Below are positions 18,518 to 28,653 of a stretch of DNA of 64,000 nucleotides, piece after piece (positions within the stretch are counted from its first letter, which is position 1; each line of letters opens with the position of its first letter). The notes beneath the pieces were generated by a model. That model ran no database searches and was not told where the DNA came from. It saw nothing but the letters and a program-made list of their open reading frames with translations. The DNA is taken from NCBI GenBank assembly GCA_965207885.1, contig OZ242311.1, forward strand, positions 928,001-992,000, given 5' to 3'. The position numbers and the translations under genes are program-made. Origin of the DNA: Candidatus Latescibacterota bacterium (GTDB lineage: Bacteria > Latescibacterota > UBA2968).

Positions 18518-21500
18518 CTACTCCTTGCGGTCGGTTAGCGAATACAGCGTTGGGATCAGTACCAGGGTTACCAGTGTTGATACGACCAGACCGCCAATAA
18601 CGGTAATGGCCATAGGCGCGCGTATCTCTGCACCCTGCCCCACCGGGAAAAGCATACCCACCACAGCCATGACCGTGGTGAATACCTGCCCGGATAACAC
18701 GCCATCCAACGCGCCTTCGATGCTTTTGACAAGGGGCTGAAAATTGAAAATGCCCAGTGCCATGGGCAACAAACCGAGCACAGTCGTCGAGGTGGTCATC
18801 AAAATGGGACGCAGGCGCACTCTGCCCCCTTGTGCAATCGCTTCCATTTTGGGCATGCCCTCATCTCTTCGGAGCGTGTTGATATAATCGATGAGCACGA
18901 TGGCATTGTTGACGACAATGCCAGCCAACATAATCAAACCAATGAGCACGACCACACTGATGGTCTGCCCGGTTATGAGGAGCAGAGCAAAAACGCCTAC
19001 CAGCGCAAAAGGTATGGCAAACATGATTACAAAAGGATGAACGAGCGATTCAAACTGCGATGCCATCACCAGATAAACGAGAAAAATCGCCAACCCAATC
19101 GCCAATTGCATACTTTCAAATGACCGCTGTTGCTCTTCATTTTGCCCACCCACTTTAATCGAAAAATCGGCGGGCAACTCCATCTGATCAATTTCGCGTT
19201 CGAGGTCTGCGACGACAGCACTCAGACTTCGACCCACCAGGTTGGCCGAGATCAATGCCACGCGCTCCTGATCAATTCTGCGAATTTCAGCAGGTCCCAT
19301 TTCCACCTGTAAATCGGCGACTACACTCAAAGGCACTGGCGATGGGGCATTGTTGGGGCTGATGATCAATCTCCTCAGATCATCTACTGTGCTTCGATGT
19401 TCCTCTTCGGCGCGGACGCGAATATCGACTCTCCGATCTCCTCGGGTAAATTGTGTGGCAACCTCTCCTTGAACCTGATTGCGGATAATCTCGCCAATGG
19501 CGTTAATCGTCGTGCCCATTTGCGCCACGCGCTTGCGGTCAAACCGAATTTGCACTTCGGGTGTGCCGCCTTCGCTTGTTGTTTTAATATCTGTCAGTCC
19601 CGGAATGGTTTGCATGCGCGCTATCATTTCTCCGGCGATCATCTGTAGCGACAGCAAATTATAACCGGCGACTTCCACTTCGATTGGCGTGCGAGACGAG
19701 AATAGCGATGGGCGGGCAAATTTTGTATCCACGGCGGGAATTTCTACAATCATCTGGCGCAAGCGATCCATTACGGCAATTTCGCGATCTCGAATAATGC
19801 CCTCGTGGAGTACGACATTGACCTCACCCACATTTTCCCTTTCTTCTCCGCCGCTACCCCCAGATGCCGATTGTGTACCGACAATGCTGTAAACCAGGCG
19901 CACTTCGGGTTGACTGCGAACAAGTCTCTCAATAGCTTGAATGGTTTGTGTGGTAGCGGCAAGGGGTGTGCCCAGCGGCATTTCGACCGCAATTGAGAAT
20001 GCTCCCTGGCTCATTTCGGGGATCAGTTCACTGCCCAATCTCGAGCCAAGTGTCCAGGTGCCACCCAAAAGGGCAATTGCCAACCCAATCACATACAGGC
20101 GATGCCTGAGCGCCCATCTGATAATGTGCGGATAGACGAGATAAGCGCGCCCAATCACTCTGTCGAAAAGCCAGAATAAGGGTGCAAGACAGGTCAGAAT
20201 ACCGCGTCCGATCCATCCTATAACTGTGCCCAGCAACCCCGCAATACGAGCCGGAGCTTCGACACCGCCTTTGTGGCCGCTTTCCTTTTTGCGTTTTTCT
20301 ACGGCGGCAAATTCACCGATCCATGAAAATTCCAACGAAGCCAGCATGGGAATGACCGTGAGGGCAACGAGGAGGGAGGCGACGAGCGAATAGGTCACGG
20401 TAAGTGCCTGATCTCGGAAGAGCTGTCCGGCAATGCCTTCTACAAAAACAATGGGGACAAAGACGCATATTGTCGTCATTGTAGAAGCCACCACGGCTTG
20501 CCCCACTTCAGACCCCCCTTTATTGGTCGCTTCACGCGGACTCATGCCGCTTTCCTGGTAACGCTGTACACTTTCGAGTACGACAATTGAGTTGTCAACC
20601 AGCATGCCTATTCCCAGGGCGAGTCCACCCAATGACATGATGTTGAGACTCACATCCGATGCGTACATGAGGAAAAATGTCGCAACAACCGAAATGGGAA
20701 TAGATACGCTGATGATGCCCGTGCTTTTGGGGCTTTGCAAAAACAGATAGAGAACGATAATGGCCAAAAAGCCGCCCAAAATAGCGGTGTTGAGGACCTC
20801 GGAGACCGAGTCTCGAATGAATGTCGATTGATCCGAGACGACCTCCATGCGCGAATTACCGAGCAAATCGCCGGATGTGCGGCGGAATTGCGCGATGGCT
20901 TCTTTAACGGCTTGTGCAACTGTTACAGTATTGGCATCACCCTCTTTGTATATGGCCAGTTCGACACTTTCTTGCTGATCAATGCGCGTAATTACCGTGC
21001 GTTCGCGGTGCCCTCGGGTCACCAGCCCCACATCGGCTAATGTGATAATGGTGCCCTGCCGCTGGCCCACCACAATATCCTGAATTTCTTCTATTGTTTT
21101 AAATTCGTTGAATGTGCGAACCAGGTATTCTGCTTCGCCATCTTTGAGTTCTCCGCCCGTCAGGTTCACATTTTCCTGGGCTAAGCGATTGACGACCTGA
21201 GATAGGGGAATGCGCAATGCAGCCAGTTTGGGCTGGTCAATCTCAACTTGAATTTCTTCTTCCAGGCCGCCATTGACGCGCACAGATGCGACCCCTTCGA
21301 GGCTTTCCAACTCGGGCTTAATTTCTTCTTCGGCCAGGAGGCGTAGCGAAATCAAACTTTCTTCGCCGTAGAGTCCGATACGCATGATCGGGTCCAGCGA
21401 AGGGTCAAATCTCAGCAGTACGGGTTTTCTCACGTCCTGTGGCAGGCGCACCTGATCGAGCTTTTCCCGAACATCGAGAGAAGCAAAATCCATGTCCGTA

Positions 21501-21793
21501 CCCCAGGCAAATTCCACAACCACATCCGATATGCCGGGGCGCGAGGCCGATGTTACCCGGATAACTCCGTTTACCACACCTACAGATCCCTCAATCGGCT
21601 CGGTGATTAAACGTTCCATCTCCGAGGGTGCTGTGCCTTCGTATTCTGTGCGCACCGTCAGGGTGGGATAGGTGATATCGGGCAGCAGGTTGATCGATAG
21701 GCGCTGAAAAGCGACCATGCCAAATAGCACTGCCGCCGCCACAAACATCGTTACTGTTACCCGTCGCCGGGTCGAAAATTCAATGAGTTTCAT
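18518..21793 (-). CDS. RND efflux transporter permease (AcrB/AcrD/AcrF family)
   Basis: GMLVDNSIVVLE, GIVVNNAIVL, RLRPILMTT, 12-TM pattern, 1091 aa. Confidence 0.93.
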   Translation of the reverse strand: MKLIEFSTRRRVTVTMFVAAAVLFGMVAFQRLSINLLPDITYPTLTVRTEYEGTAPSEMERLITEPIEGSVGVVNGVIRVTSASRPGISDVVVEFAWGTDMDFASLDVREKLDQVRLPQDVRKPVLLRFDPSLDPIMRIGLYGEESLISLRLLAEEEIKPELESLEGVASVRVNGGLEEEIQVEIDQPKLAALRIPLSQVVNRLAQENVNLTGGELKDGEAEYLVRTFNEFKTIEEIQDIVVGQRQGTIITLADVGLVTRGHRERTVITRIDQQESVELAIYKEGDANTVTVAQAVKEAIAQFRRTSGDLLGNSRMEVVSDQSTFIRDSVSEVLNTAILGGFLAIIVLYLFLQSPKSTGIISVSIPISVVATFFLMYASDVSLNIMSLGGLALGIGMLVDNSIVVLESVQRYQESGMSPREATNKGGSEVGQAVVASTMTTICVFVPIVFVEGIAGQLFRDQALTVTYSLVASLLVALTVIPMLASLEFSWIGEFAAVEKRKKESGHKGGVEAPARIAGLLGTVIGWIGRGILTCLAPLFWLFDRVIGRAYLVYPHIIRWALRHRLYVIGLAIALLGGTWTLGSRLGSELIPEMSQGAFSIAVEMPLGTPLAATTQTIQAIERLVRSQPEVRLVYSIVGTQSASGGSGGEERENVGEVNVVLHEGIIRDREIAVMDRLRQMIVEIPAVDTKFARPSLFSSRTPIEVEVAGYNLLSLQMIAGEMIARMQTIPGLTDIKTTSEGGTPEVQIRFDRKRVAQMGTTINAIGEIIRNQVQGEVATQFTRGDRRVDIRVRAEEEHRSTVDDLRRLIISPNNAPSPVPLSVVADLQVEMGPAEIRRIDQERVALISANLVGRSLSAVVADLEREIDQMELPADFSIKVGGQNEEQQRSFESMQLAIGLAIFLVYLVMASQFESLVHPFVIMFAIPFALVGVFALLLITGQTISVVVLIGLIMLAGIVVNNAIVLIDYINTLRRDEGMPKMEAIAQGGRVRLRPILMTTSTTVLGLLPMALGIFNFQPLVKSIEGALDGVLSGQVFTTVMAVVGMLFPVGQGAEIRAPMAITVIGGLVVSTLVTLVLIPTLYSLTDRKE

Positions 21794-21798
21794 GAGTT

Positions 21799-23385
21799 TT
21801 AATTACCTCGTCCGCCTCGTGATGGTATCAATCCTTTTTCTCGCATCTCAGTCACAAAAGCGCGGAGTTTTTCCATATTTGTTGCGAGTTCGGGATCGTC
21901 TTTCACGCGCTTTTCGTATTCGGCTTTGACTTCGGGGAAGCGCTCAATTATGCGTTTTATGCGGTCTGTGGGATCACCTCCGCCTTGCCCGCCTGCAAAA
22001 CCTCTGCCCTGTCCGCCTTGTCCACCTTGTCCCATCTGTCCACGTCCCTGTCTGCCTTGTCCATCACCACCTCGTTGTCCTCCCTGACCCATCTGACCGC
22101 GCCCACGTCCTTGTCCCTCGCCGCCCGCAAAGCCCCTGCCCTGTCCACCTTCACCCATTTGCCCACGTCCAGCGCGTCCCTGCCCACCTTCACCCATTTG
22201 TCCGCGACCCTGTCTGCCCTGTCCCCCCTGACCCATTTGTCCGCGTCCTTGCCTGCCCTGTCCACCGCGTCCGGCAAATGCGGGAGGTGTGGCTTCTCCT
22301 ACGAGGCGCACGGGTGAACCTGGTCTCAAACCTTCCTGTCCCACAGTAATGACCTGCTCTCCCTGGGAAAGGCCATTGAGAATTTCTAAGCGATCGCTAT
22401 CTGTAAACCCGATTTCGATGCGTTTGCGTTGCGCCTGCCCGCGCCCGGTTTCGGGATCGGTTTCAAAGGTGAATACCTGGTTGCCCTCTCCTTCGAGTAC
22501 GAGGGCTTTTTTGGGAATGACCAGGGTGTTTCTTCGCGTTTCCGTGATAATATAGACCGAGGCAAACATCCCGGGACGCAATAGACTTGCATCTGTCCGA
22601 GGGACCTCGACGGTTACTTTGACCGTGCCGCTTTCGGGATCTACCACGGGACTGATCATTTTCACTGTGCCCGTAAATTCTCTTTCAGGCGCGGCTTCAA
22701 CCGTAATGCGCGCAGTCTGTCCTACGGTGATTTTACCAAAGTCCTTTTCCGTTACCTGGATGCGCGCAAGCAGGGGATCAAATTTGGCTACAGAGGCCAC
22801 CACTTGATTGTTGGTGACCATGTTGCCCACTTCGATATTTCTCAGCGTCATGATGCCTTCAATGGGCGATCTAATCGCCGTGTAGCTCAAATCGAGTTTG
22901 GCCTGTTCGAGTTGTGCTTTGGCCGATTCGAATTGGGTCTTGGCATTTTCATAAGACTGTTTGCTACCCAGATTGCGTTGAAATAGGGCATCTTCGCGTT
23001 CATACCGCTGTTTGGCTTCAAGATAGGCAACTTCTCGCTGCGCGACGCTGATCTGGGCAGCGTCGGCGTCGAGCCGCGCCATTACGGTGCCCTCGCGTAC
23101 GGGGTCGCCTTCTTCTTTTAGTAGCGAGATGACCTGCCCGGCTCTGCGCGCTCGAACGTCAACCCATCTTTCGGCTTCGAGTGTTGTGTTTTTGAGGATA
23201 TATGCAGAAATATCCCCTTGTTTTACAGTCTCGACCTTGACGGGCGCAGCAGCGCCGCCACCGCGTCCACCGCGTCCACCGCGTCCAGCACGTCCGCCCT
23301 GTGTCTGTTGTGCTTCTTCACCGCAGGCAAAGAGCGCGAGAAAAAGCAGCACGAACCATCGGTGTTTGGCTATTTTTTGCATCAT
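21799..23385 (-). CDS. RND membrane fusion protein (lipoprotein) with G/Q/R-rich low-complexity tail
   Basis: Lipobox LFAC, IRSPIEG, ISPVVDPESGTVKV, LRPGMFASV; tail repeats of GQGRQGRGQMG. Confidence 0.9.
   Translation of the reverse strand: MMQKIAKHRWFVLLFLALFACGEEAQQTQGGRAGRGGRGGRGGGAAAPVKVETVKQGDISAYILKNTTLEAERWVDVRARRAGQVISLLKEEGDPVREGTVMARLDADAAQISVAQREVAYLEAKQRYEREDALFQRNLGSKQSYENAKTQFESAKAQLEQAKLDLSYTAIRSPIEGIMTLRNIEVGNMVTNNQVVASVAKFDPLLARIQVTEKDFGKITVGQTARITVEAAPEREFTGTVKMISPVVDPESGTVKVTVEVPRTDASLLRPGMFASVYIITETRRNTLVIPKKALVLEGEGNQVFTFETDPETGRGQAQRKRIEIGFTDSDRLEILNGLSQGEQVITVGQEGLRPGSPVRLVGEATPPAFAGRGGQGRQGRGQMGQGGQGRQGRGQMGEGGQGRAGRGQMGEGGQGRGFAGGEGQGRGRGQMGQGGQRGGDGQGRQGRGQMGQGGQGGQGRGFAGGQGGGDPTDRIKRIIERFPEVKAEYEKRVKDDPELATNMEKLRAFVTEMREKGLIPSRGGRGN
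21975..22272 (-). repeat. Coding low-complexity repeat (GQGGQGRQGRGQM)n
   Basis: Repeated cccatttgtccgcg / ccctgtccacc units in the DNA; about 100 aa of mostly G, Q, R, M. Confidence 0.85.
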
Positions 23386-23462
23386 CCCTCCGTCTTCTCA
23401 AAACTTATAAAAATTAAAAGAAAGTAAACAATTACTCACTTATTTTTGCACAAAATTCTTTA

Positions 23463-23849
23463 TCACTCGGCTTTATTGCTGTGAATCCTGTTTCTGTGCT
23501 GGGCACGCCGTCGAGCCTCTTGTTCGACCATCATCTCATCAAATTCTTTTCGCTGATCAGGTGTCAAAATTTTCCGAATTTGAGCGCGAGTTGTATTTCT
23601 CACTTTTCCAAACTCAGAGCGGTAGGTCGTGTTGATATCGACCATGCATTTGCGCCCTTCCTCGAGGATTGTGTCCAGTTGCGCTTTCTGTTTATCTGAC
23701 AGGTCGAGCTTTGCCACCATTTCAGACATGCGCACTCGCCTTTTTCCAGAATTACCAGACGCAAGACTTTCGTAAACAGTCCCTATCACCGCGCCGAGTA
23801 ATAAACACAAGACGATCAGGCATGTAAAGCGGAAACGCGAAATAAACAT
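23463..23849 (-). CDS. Spy/CpxP-like periplasmic protein (LTxxQ motifs)
   Basis: N-terminal anchor, KLDLSDKQKAQL, ILTPDQRKEF; follows the anti-sigma gene. Confidence 0.7.
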   Translation of the reverse strand: MFISRFRFTCLIVLCLLLGAVIGTVYESLASGNSGKRRVRMSEMVAKLDLSDKQKAQLDTILEEGRKCMVDINTTYRSEFGKVRNTTRAQIRKILTPDQRKEFDEMMVEQEARRRAQHRNRIHSNKAE

Positions 23850-23861
23850 AATAAAAACCTT

Positions 23862-24335
23862 CTAACGCGTGTTGTCGGATAAGACGAGGTCGAGTACGCG
23901 GTCTTTGGAAAAATCATCTTCGGTCAAACTCACAACTTCTCGAACCTCGCGGTCGAGCGAACCCTGTAAAAAAGCATCCAGCGTGACAGGTTCAACATTT
24001 CTGTCCAGGCGCTGGGTCAAAAATGCCAGCGAGCCAATAGAGATCAGCAACATTGCGGCAGTGGCGAATTTTTGAAATCCCCATCGGTTCTTCATTCGCG
24101 CCACTTCTTCCTGGACTTTTATATCTACACGCCGCACAAAAAAACGGTCGGGTGCAGGTGGAGACCAGGCGGCAAATAGTTGACGCACGCGCACCATCTC
24201 GGCCAGTTCACGCCTGAGACTGTCAGATGTGCGCAACAGTATCTCAACTCTGGCTCGATCTGCTTCTGTCAATGCATCGTCGAGATAAGCCGACAACAAT
24301 TCGCGGTTGATGTCAATGGTGTTGTCTGCGTCCAT
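23862..24335 (-). CDS. Transmembrane anti-sigma factor (ASD without zinc ligands)
   Basis: RELLSAYLDDALTEADRARVE plus one TM; HxxxCxxC replaced by ILLRTSDSL; directly after the ECF sigma. Confidence 0.8.
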   Translation of the reverse strand: MDADNTIDINRELLSAYLDDALTEADRARVEILLRTSDSLRRELAEMVRVRQLFAAWSPPAPDRFFVRRVDIKVQEEVARMKNRWGFQKFATAAMLLISIGSLAFLTQRLDRNVEPVTLDAFLQGSLDREVREVVSLTEDDFSKDRVLDLVLSDNTR

Positions 24336-24337
24336 AT

Positions 24338-24946
24338 TTACGCCTCAATCCAGTTGTCGTATTGCACCTGCAAAATTTCGCGGAGTTTTGTTCGCCCTCG
24401 AAACAGGCGAGACTTAACGGTTCCTATTGAGCATTTGAGCAATTCGGCAATTTCTTCATAGGTCAGACCTTCAATTTCTCTCAAAACAAAGGTCACGCGG
24501 TATTCTTCCGATAGATCGTCCAGGGCGCGTTCGAGGATTTCTTGAAGTTCCCGCCGTTCAACGCGCATATCTGCATTTTGGGGCTGACCCGCCCAGATGC
24601 GCGGCGCGTCCCAAGTTTCTCGATGTTCATCTAGAGAAACAAAGCTGCGCCGATGTCTGGATTTGAGGTGATCTAAGCAGCAATTGACAGCGATGCGATG
24701 CAACCATGTTGAAAATAGCGATTGTCCCCGAAATCGATTCAGGGCGCGAAATGCCTTGAGAAATGCTTCTTGCGCCAAATCGTCGGCTTCGTCGAGATCG
24801 CCAATAAGGCTGTAAACCGCATTGTACACGCGTTCATGGTGTCGCTGTACCAGCAAAGAGAAAGCCTCTGTGTTGCCTTCTAAGACCCGGGCGACGATTT
24901 GGATATCTTCAATATGTGAAAAATTGGACGATTTGGAATCGCGCAT
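24338..24946 (-). CDS. ECF RNA polymerase sigma factor (RpoE-like)
   Basis: ADDLAQEAFLKAF, FSTWLHRIAVN, LREIEGLTYEEIA, GTVKSRLFRGR. Confidence 0.93.
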   Translation of the reverse strand: MRDSKSSNFSHIEDIQIVARVLEGNTEAFSLLVQRHHERVYNAVYSLIGDLDEADDLAQEAFLKAFRALNRFRGQSLFSTWLHRIAVNCCLDHLKSRHRRSFVSLDEHRETWDAPRIWAGQPQNADMRVERRELQEILERALDDLSEEYRVTFVLREIEGLTYEEIAELLKCSIGTVKSRLFRGRTKLREILQVQYDNWIEA

Positions 24947-24958
24947 TGTTCCGACCCC

Positions 24959-24988
24959 TTAGACCGAAACCGCTATTTATCGGGTTCC
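24959..24988 (-). promoter_or_regulatory. Putative autoregulatory ECF promoter
   Basis: Minus strand GGAACCC-17 nt-GTCTAA, 12 nt before the sigma ATG, overlapping the exbD 3' end. Confidence 0.55.
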
Positions 24989-25386
24989 GCTGTGGCATTG
25001 GTAATCCGTCTGATTCCCACACTTCTGACGAGGTCCAGAATCGACATCACATCGCCATAAGGCAATTGGCGGTCTGCTCGCAAAATCAGGCCCCCACTTT
25101 CATCGATCTCCGCCACGTGTTGTTTTAATAATTCCCGCAATGCCGGTTGATCGATGATCTGACCATCCAATGCCATTTGACCATCTGCCGATACATTGAG
25201 AATATAACGCCTCGCGTGTTGTGTTTTTTCCGCGTGTTCCATGGCGGGTAGTTCGACTTTGAGCGCGGATTGATCGATAAATTGCGTGGTTACAAGAAAA
25301 AATGTAAGCAATAAAAACAGGACGTCGATCAAAGAGGTCACGTTGATTGCAGGGCGGCGCTTGAGGGGCATTTGCATTCGCATCAC
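24973..25386 (-). CDS. exbD: Biopolymer transporter ExbD/TolR
   Basis: INVTSLIDVLFLLLTFFLV, LRADRQLPYGDVMSILD. Confidence 0.88.
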   Translation of the reverse strand: MMRMQMPLKRRPAINVTSLIDVLFLLLTFFLVTTQFIDQSALKVELPAMEHAEKTQHARRYILNVSADGQMALDGQIIDQPALRELLKQHVAEIDESGGLILRADRQLPYGDVMSILDLVRSVGIRRITNATAEPDK

Positions 25387-26009
25387 TATCTACCTTCGGA
25401 GCTCTGAAACCCCCGGAGCTTTTTCAGAAGGGTATTGGCGTATTTCTCAATTTCCAAAATCAAGCTTTCTGCGCGACTGCTGTACAAATTGTAAAATACG
25501 AGTGATGGAATTGCAATAAAAAGTCCGGCGGCAGTCGTTAGAATTGCTTCGGAAATGCCTCCTGCCAGGAGATTGGCTTGTCCTACGCCCACTTCTGAAA
25601 CCTGTTGAAAAACTTTGATCATGCCCAGAACAGTGCCCAGAAGTCCCAAAAGCGGCGAAACTCCCGCTACGGTCTCCAGTACCACCAGTCCCTTTTGCAA
25701 TACGCCCATTTCCTGACGGCCCTGATCCAGAATACTTTCCCGGACCTCTTCTAAGGACAAATGGCGATTGTCTAACCCTGCGCGCATTACCGCGGAGAAA
25801 GGCCCTTTGTGCTGCCGACAGACGTTTAAAGCCAATCCAATGTCATCCGGTCCTTGAATATTGTCGATTACACTGACAATTTCGGGCCGGATGACGGTGC
25901 GACGGCGCAGTGCAAACCCACGCTCAATTGCAATGCCCAAAGCCAGTACTGAGCACAAGGTCAGAGGATACATCATGAGACCACCCTGTTCAAATAGTGC
26001 CCAGCCCAT
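25386..26009 (-). CDS. exbB: MotA/TolQ/ExbB proton channel protein
   Basis: GGLMMYPL, PLLGLLGTVLGMI, GISEAILTTAAGL; start moved to MGWALF. Confidence 0.88.
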   Translation of the reverse strand: MGWALFEQGGLMMYPLTLCSVLALGIAIERGFALRRRTVIRPEIVSVIDNIQGPDDIGLALNVCRQHKGPFSAVMRAGLDNRHLSLEEVRESILDQGRQEMGVLQKGLVVLETVAGVSPLLGLLGTVLGMIKVFQQVSEVGVGQANLLAGGISEAILTTAAGLFIAIPSLVFYNLYSSRAESLILEIEKYANTLLKKLRGFQSSEGR

Positions 26010-26010
26010 A

Positions 26011-26859
26011 TTATTGTCGCCTTTGACCTTTTCCAAAAATTAAATATTCAAAAGTACCAGTAATGTCGAGGTACTCATCCGGGAAATCTGGTGGCAATGC
26101 CCTGAATGGTGCCGAGAGTTCAACAGCCTTCAGGCTCGTATCGCGCAACAGTTCATGGCCCTTATAGTCGATCAATTCGGGGCCTTCGAGCCGACCATTG
26201 CGCCAGATTCTGAATTTCACCCTGGTCATGCCATCGATCATACCCAACTCGAATGCGCGGGGCGGATATATATGACGGTCAATATGTCGCTTGAGATATT
26301 TCATATAGGGCGCGAAATTCCAGGCATACGTGCTCAGTTGCAATCCCCCGCGTTCGAGTGCGCGGGTTTTGCTATTGTCCATATCTATGCGCGATTGGGG
26401 TAATTCCCCGCCCAGCACCGCGCGTTCTCGCTCTTTTCGCGCTTCTTCGGGGTTTTTCTGCAACACATCCACAAAGCTAAAGGGGCTGTCGGTGGTTTCC
26501 TGTGTACGGTCTGTGCTTTGTGTCTCACTGCGCGGCCTGCCCGGTGCTGACGCCTCTATATTTTTTGCCCGCGATATGCCATCGGAAAATGGCAAGTGGC
26601 TTTCGGGCAAGGGGGCCGTTTGTTGATCGCGAGAGATATTATCGCGCTCTGCGAGCAATGAAGTTTCTTCGGGCGGAGCATCGTCTCGATTTTGAGGTAC
26701 ATCGACAAATTCAAATGTTAGAGGCGGTGATGCGGGTATTTTTTTTGCTGGCGGTACAATGATCGCAGACAGCGGGTTCTCCAGGAGCAGGAACAGGATG
26801 TGCAGCAGAATGGCTGCGGTATAAGCCCAGAGGTATGGATTGTTGAGTCTCATTGCCAT
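26011..26859 (-). CDS. TonB/TolA-family energy transducer
   Basis: N-terminal TM with His (AILLHIL), Pro-rich linker, C-terminal YPPRA...G...VKFRI...SAPFRALP. Confidence 0.75.
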   Translation of the reverse strand: MAMRLNNPYLWAYTAAILLHILFLLLENPLSAIIVPPAKKIPASPPLTFEFVDVPQNRDDAPPEETSLLAERDNISRDQQTAPLPESHLPFSDGISRAKNIEASAPGRPRSETQSTDRTQETTDSPFSFVDVLQKNPEEARKERERAVLGGELPQSRIDMDNSKTRALERGGLQLSTYAWNFAPYMKYLKRHIDRHIYPPRAFELGMIDGMTRVKFRIWRNGRLEGPELIDYKGHELLRDTSLKAVELSAPFRALPPDFPDEYLDITGTFEYLIFGKGQRRQ

Positions 26860-26879
26860 ATACCCATTCCGCCTTTGTT

Positions 26880-28376
26880 TTAGTTTGCTTCTGCGACTTC
26901 AATAGCTTGCGAATGTAATTTCGCCCAAATGCCCTGGAATAAAGACATTCCCCCCACATAAAAAAAACCAGAGGCAAACAAAATAAGGAATGGCACGGGG
27001 AAATACAGCCCTTTCGCAATCGAATACGCCATGGCACCCAGCAAATAAAAACCGAGTCCAATTTCCAAAAATGCAGTTATATTTTTTTTCAGGGCGTAAT
27101 TTTTGCGATACCAATTTCCATTCCTGCCGATAACGCGGTATTTAGGGGTGCGATTAAATGCGGTCTCGTGCCCTCGCAGTGCTTGAATTACTCCGCGCGC
27201 GTTGTTCAATGAAATCCCCATGCCCAGGGCGAGTACAAATGGCAAATACAGGATGCGCGATTTCCAATCCGAATATATTTCCCGCTGCGAGTGGATGTAG
27301 TATCTCGAGATCACACCCGTCGCGCCTACAAAGAGGGGAAAATCGATTATCAGTACTCTGAGCCAGCCGAGGTCTTCCCGCAGAACAATTGCGGGGAAAA
27401 TGAGAATGGAGATCATTGCCATCAAACAATATGCAAAATTGGTTACCAGATGAAAAGCGGCTTCGCCCTTTACGCGCCACGGGAGGTGGCTTTGCAACAG
27501 GGTTTTCAGTGTTTTTTTGGCGGTTTGAACAGAGCCTTTTGCCCACCGAAATTGCTGTGATTTCCAGGCATTTACTTCCACGGGGATTTCGGCTGGCGTT
27601 ACGGTATCTGCGAGATATACAAATCGCCAGCCCGCCAATTGCGCGCGATAGCTCAAGTCGAGGTCTTCGGTCAGGGTATCGTGCTGCCAGCCACCGGCTT
27701 CGTCGATACAAGCCCGACGCCAGACACCTGCTGTGCCGTTAAAATTGAAAAACAAGCCCGAGCGGCTTCGGGCACCGTGTTCCATAACAAAATGGCCGTC
27801 GAGATAGATGGCCTGTACGCGTGTCAAAATGGAGTAATCCCGATTCAGATGCCCCCAGCGCGTCTGAACCATGCCGACTTGCGGTTCGACGAAATACGGG
27901 ATGGTTTTGTTCAAAAAGTCTGGTTGCGGCAGAAAATCGGCGTCAAAAATTGCGATCAATTCACCGCGTGCAACCCGCAATCCCTCTGCGAGCGCACCGG
28001 CTTTATACCCGGTGCGCGTTTTGCGGTGTATCAGCGCGATATTCAGTCCCGAATGTCGAAGTTCATCAACACATTGCCTGGCAATTGCGGTTGTTTCATC
28101 GGTCGAGTCGTCTAAAACCTGAATTTCGAGGCGGTCGGTTGGATAATCCATTTTGGCGACGGCGCGAATTAGTCGTTCGACCACATAGCGTTCGTTAAAT
28201 ACGGGCAATTGCACTGTCACAAAGGGTAGTTCATCAAAGGTGCCGCGGGGAATGGGTTGTTTGCGACGGTGCTTATAGTAAAGGTGTACCATCAAGTGTC
28301 GATGCAGGCTTACGAGCATCAGCAATGCAAACACGAGGCTGTAAGTGGCCAGCAAAACGGATTGCCACCAGGCCAT
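26880..28376 (-). CDS. Processive GT2 glycosyltransferase (cellulose synthase-like/glucomannan synthase type)
   Basis: QLPVFNE, DDSTD, GYKAGAL, FDADF, TEDLDLS, QQFRWAKG (D,D,D,QxxRW); start MAWWQ with GGAG RBS. Confidence 0.9.
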   Translation of the reverse strand: MAWWQSVLLATYSLVFALLMLVSLHRHLMVHLYYKHRRKQPIPRGTFDELPFVTVQLPVFNERYVVERLIRAVAKMDYPTDRLEIQVLDDSTDETTAIARQCVDELRHSGLNIALIHRKTRTGYKAGALAEGLRVARGELIAIFDADFLPQPDFLNKTIPYFVEPQVGMVQTRWGHLNRDYSILTRVQAIYLDGHFVMEHGARSRSGLFFNFNGTAGVWRRACIDEAGGWQHDTLTEDLDLSYRAQLAGWRFVYLADTVTPAEIPVEVNAWKSQQFRWAKGSVQTAKKTLKTLLQSHLPWRVKGEAAFHLVTNFAYCLMAMISILIFPAIVLREDLGWLRVLIIDFPLFVGATGVISRYYIHSQREIYSDWKSRILYLPFVLALGMGISLNNARGVIQALRGHETAFNRTPKYRVIGRNGNWYRKNYALKKNITAFLEIGLGFYLLGAMAYSIAKGLYFPVPFLILFASGFFYVGGMSLFQGIWAKLHSQAIEVAEAN

Positions 28377-28430
28377 ACAGATCTCCATAATGAAAGTCAA
28401 AACAGATGTGTTACCAGTGCAGTGCAGCAA

Positions 28431-28557
28431 AATATAGGGTTTGGATACGTTCCGTCAAAGTATTTTGTGTCAATGTCTCCGTGTTGTCTAAAACGCCCGG
28501 AAACACTTAAATCGCTTTGCCGATTACTTGACACAGACCGTTTGAGGTAACTATATT
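28431..28557. promoter_or_regulatory. Divergent sigma70 promoters (GT2 cluster and exeA-like gene)
   Basis: Minus strand TTGACG-16-TATATT (28431-58); plus strand TTGACA-18-TATATT (28528-57). Confidence 0.5.
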
Positions 28558-28653
28558 GGATTGCGATAAAACAGGTGCAATGAGCAGCATTAAACCACTA
28601 TTCCGATAGGTTCATAAAATCTATGGTCGGACTTAAAATAAAGGATTGAGACC

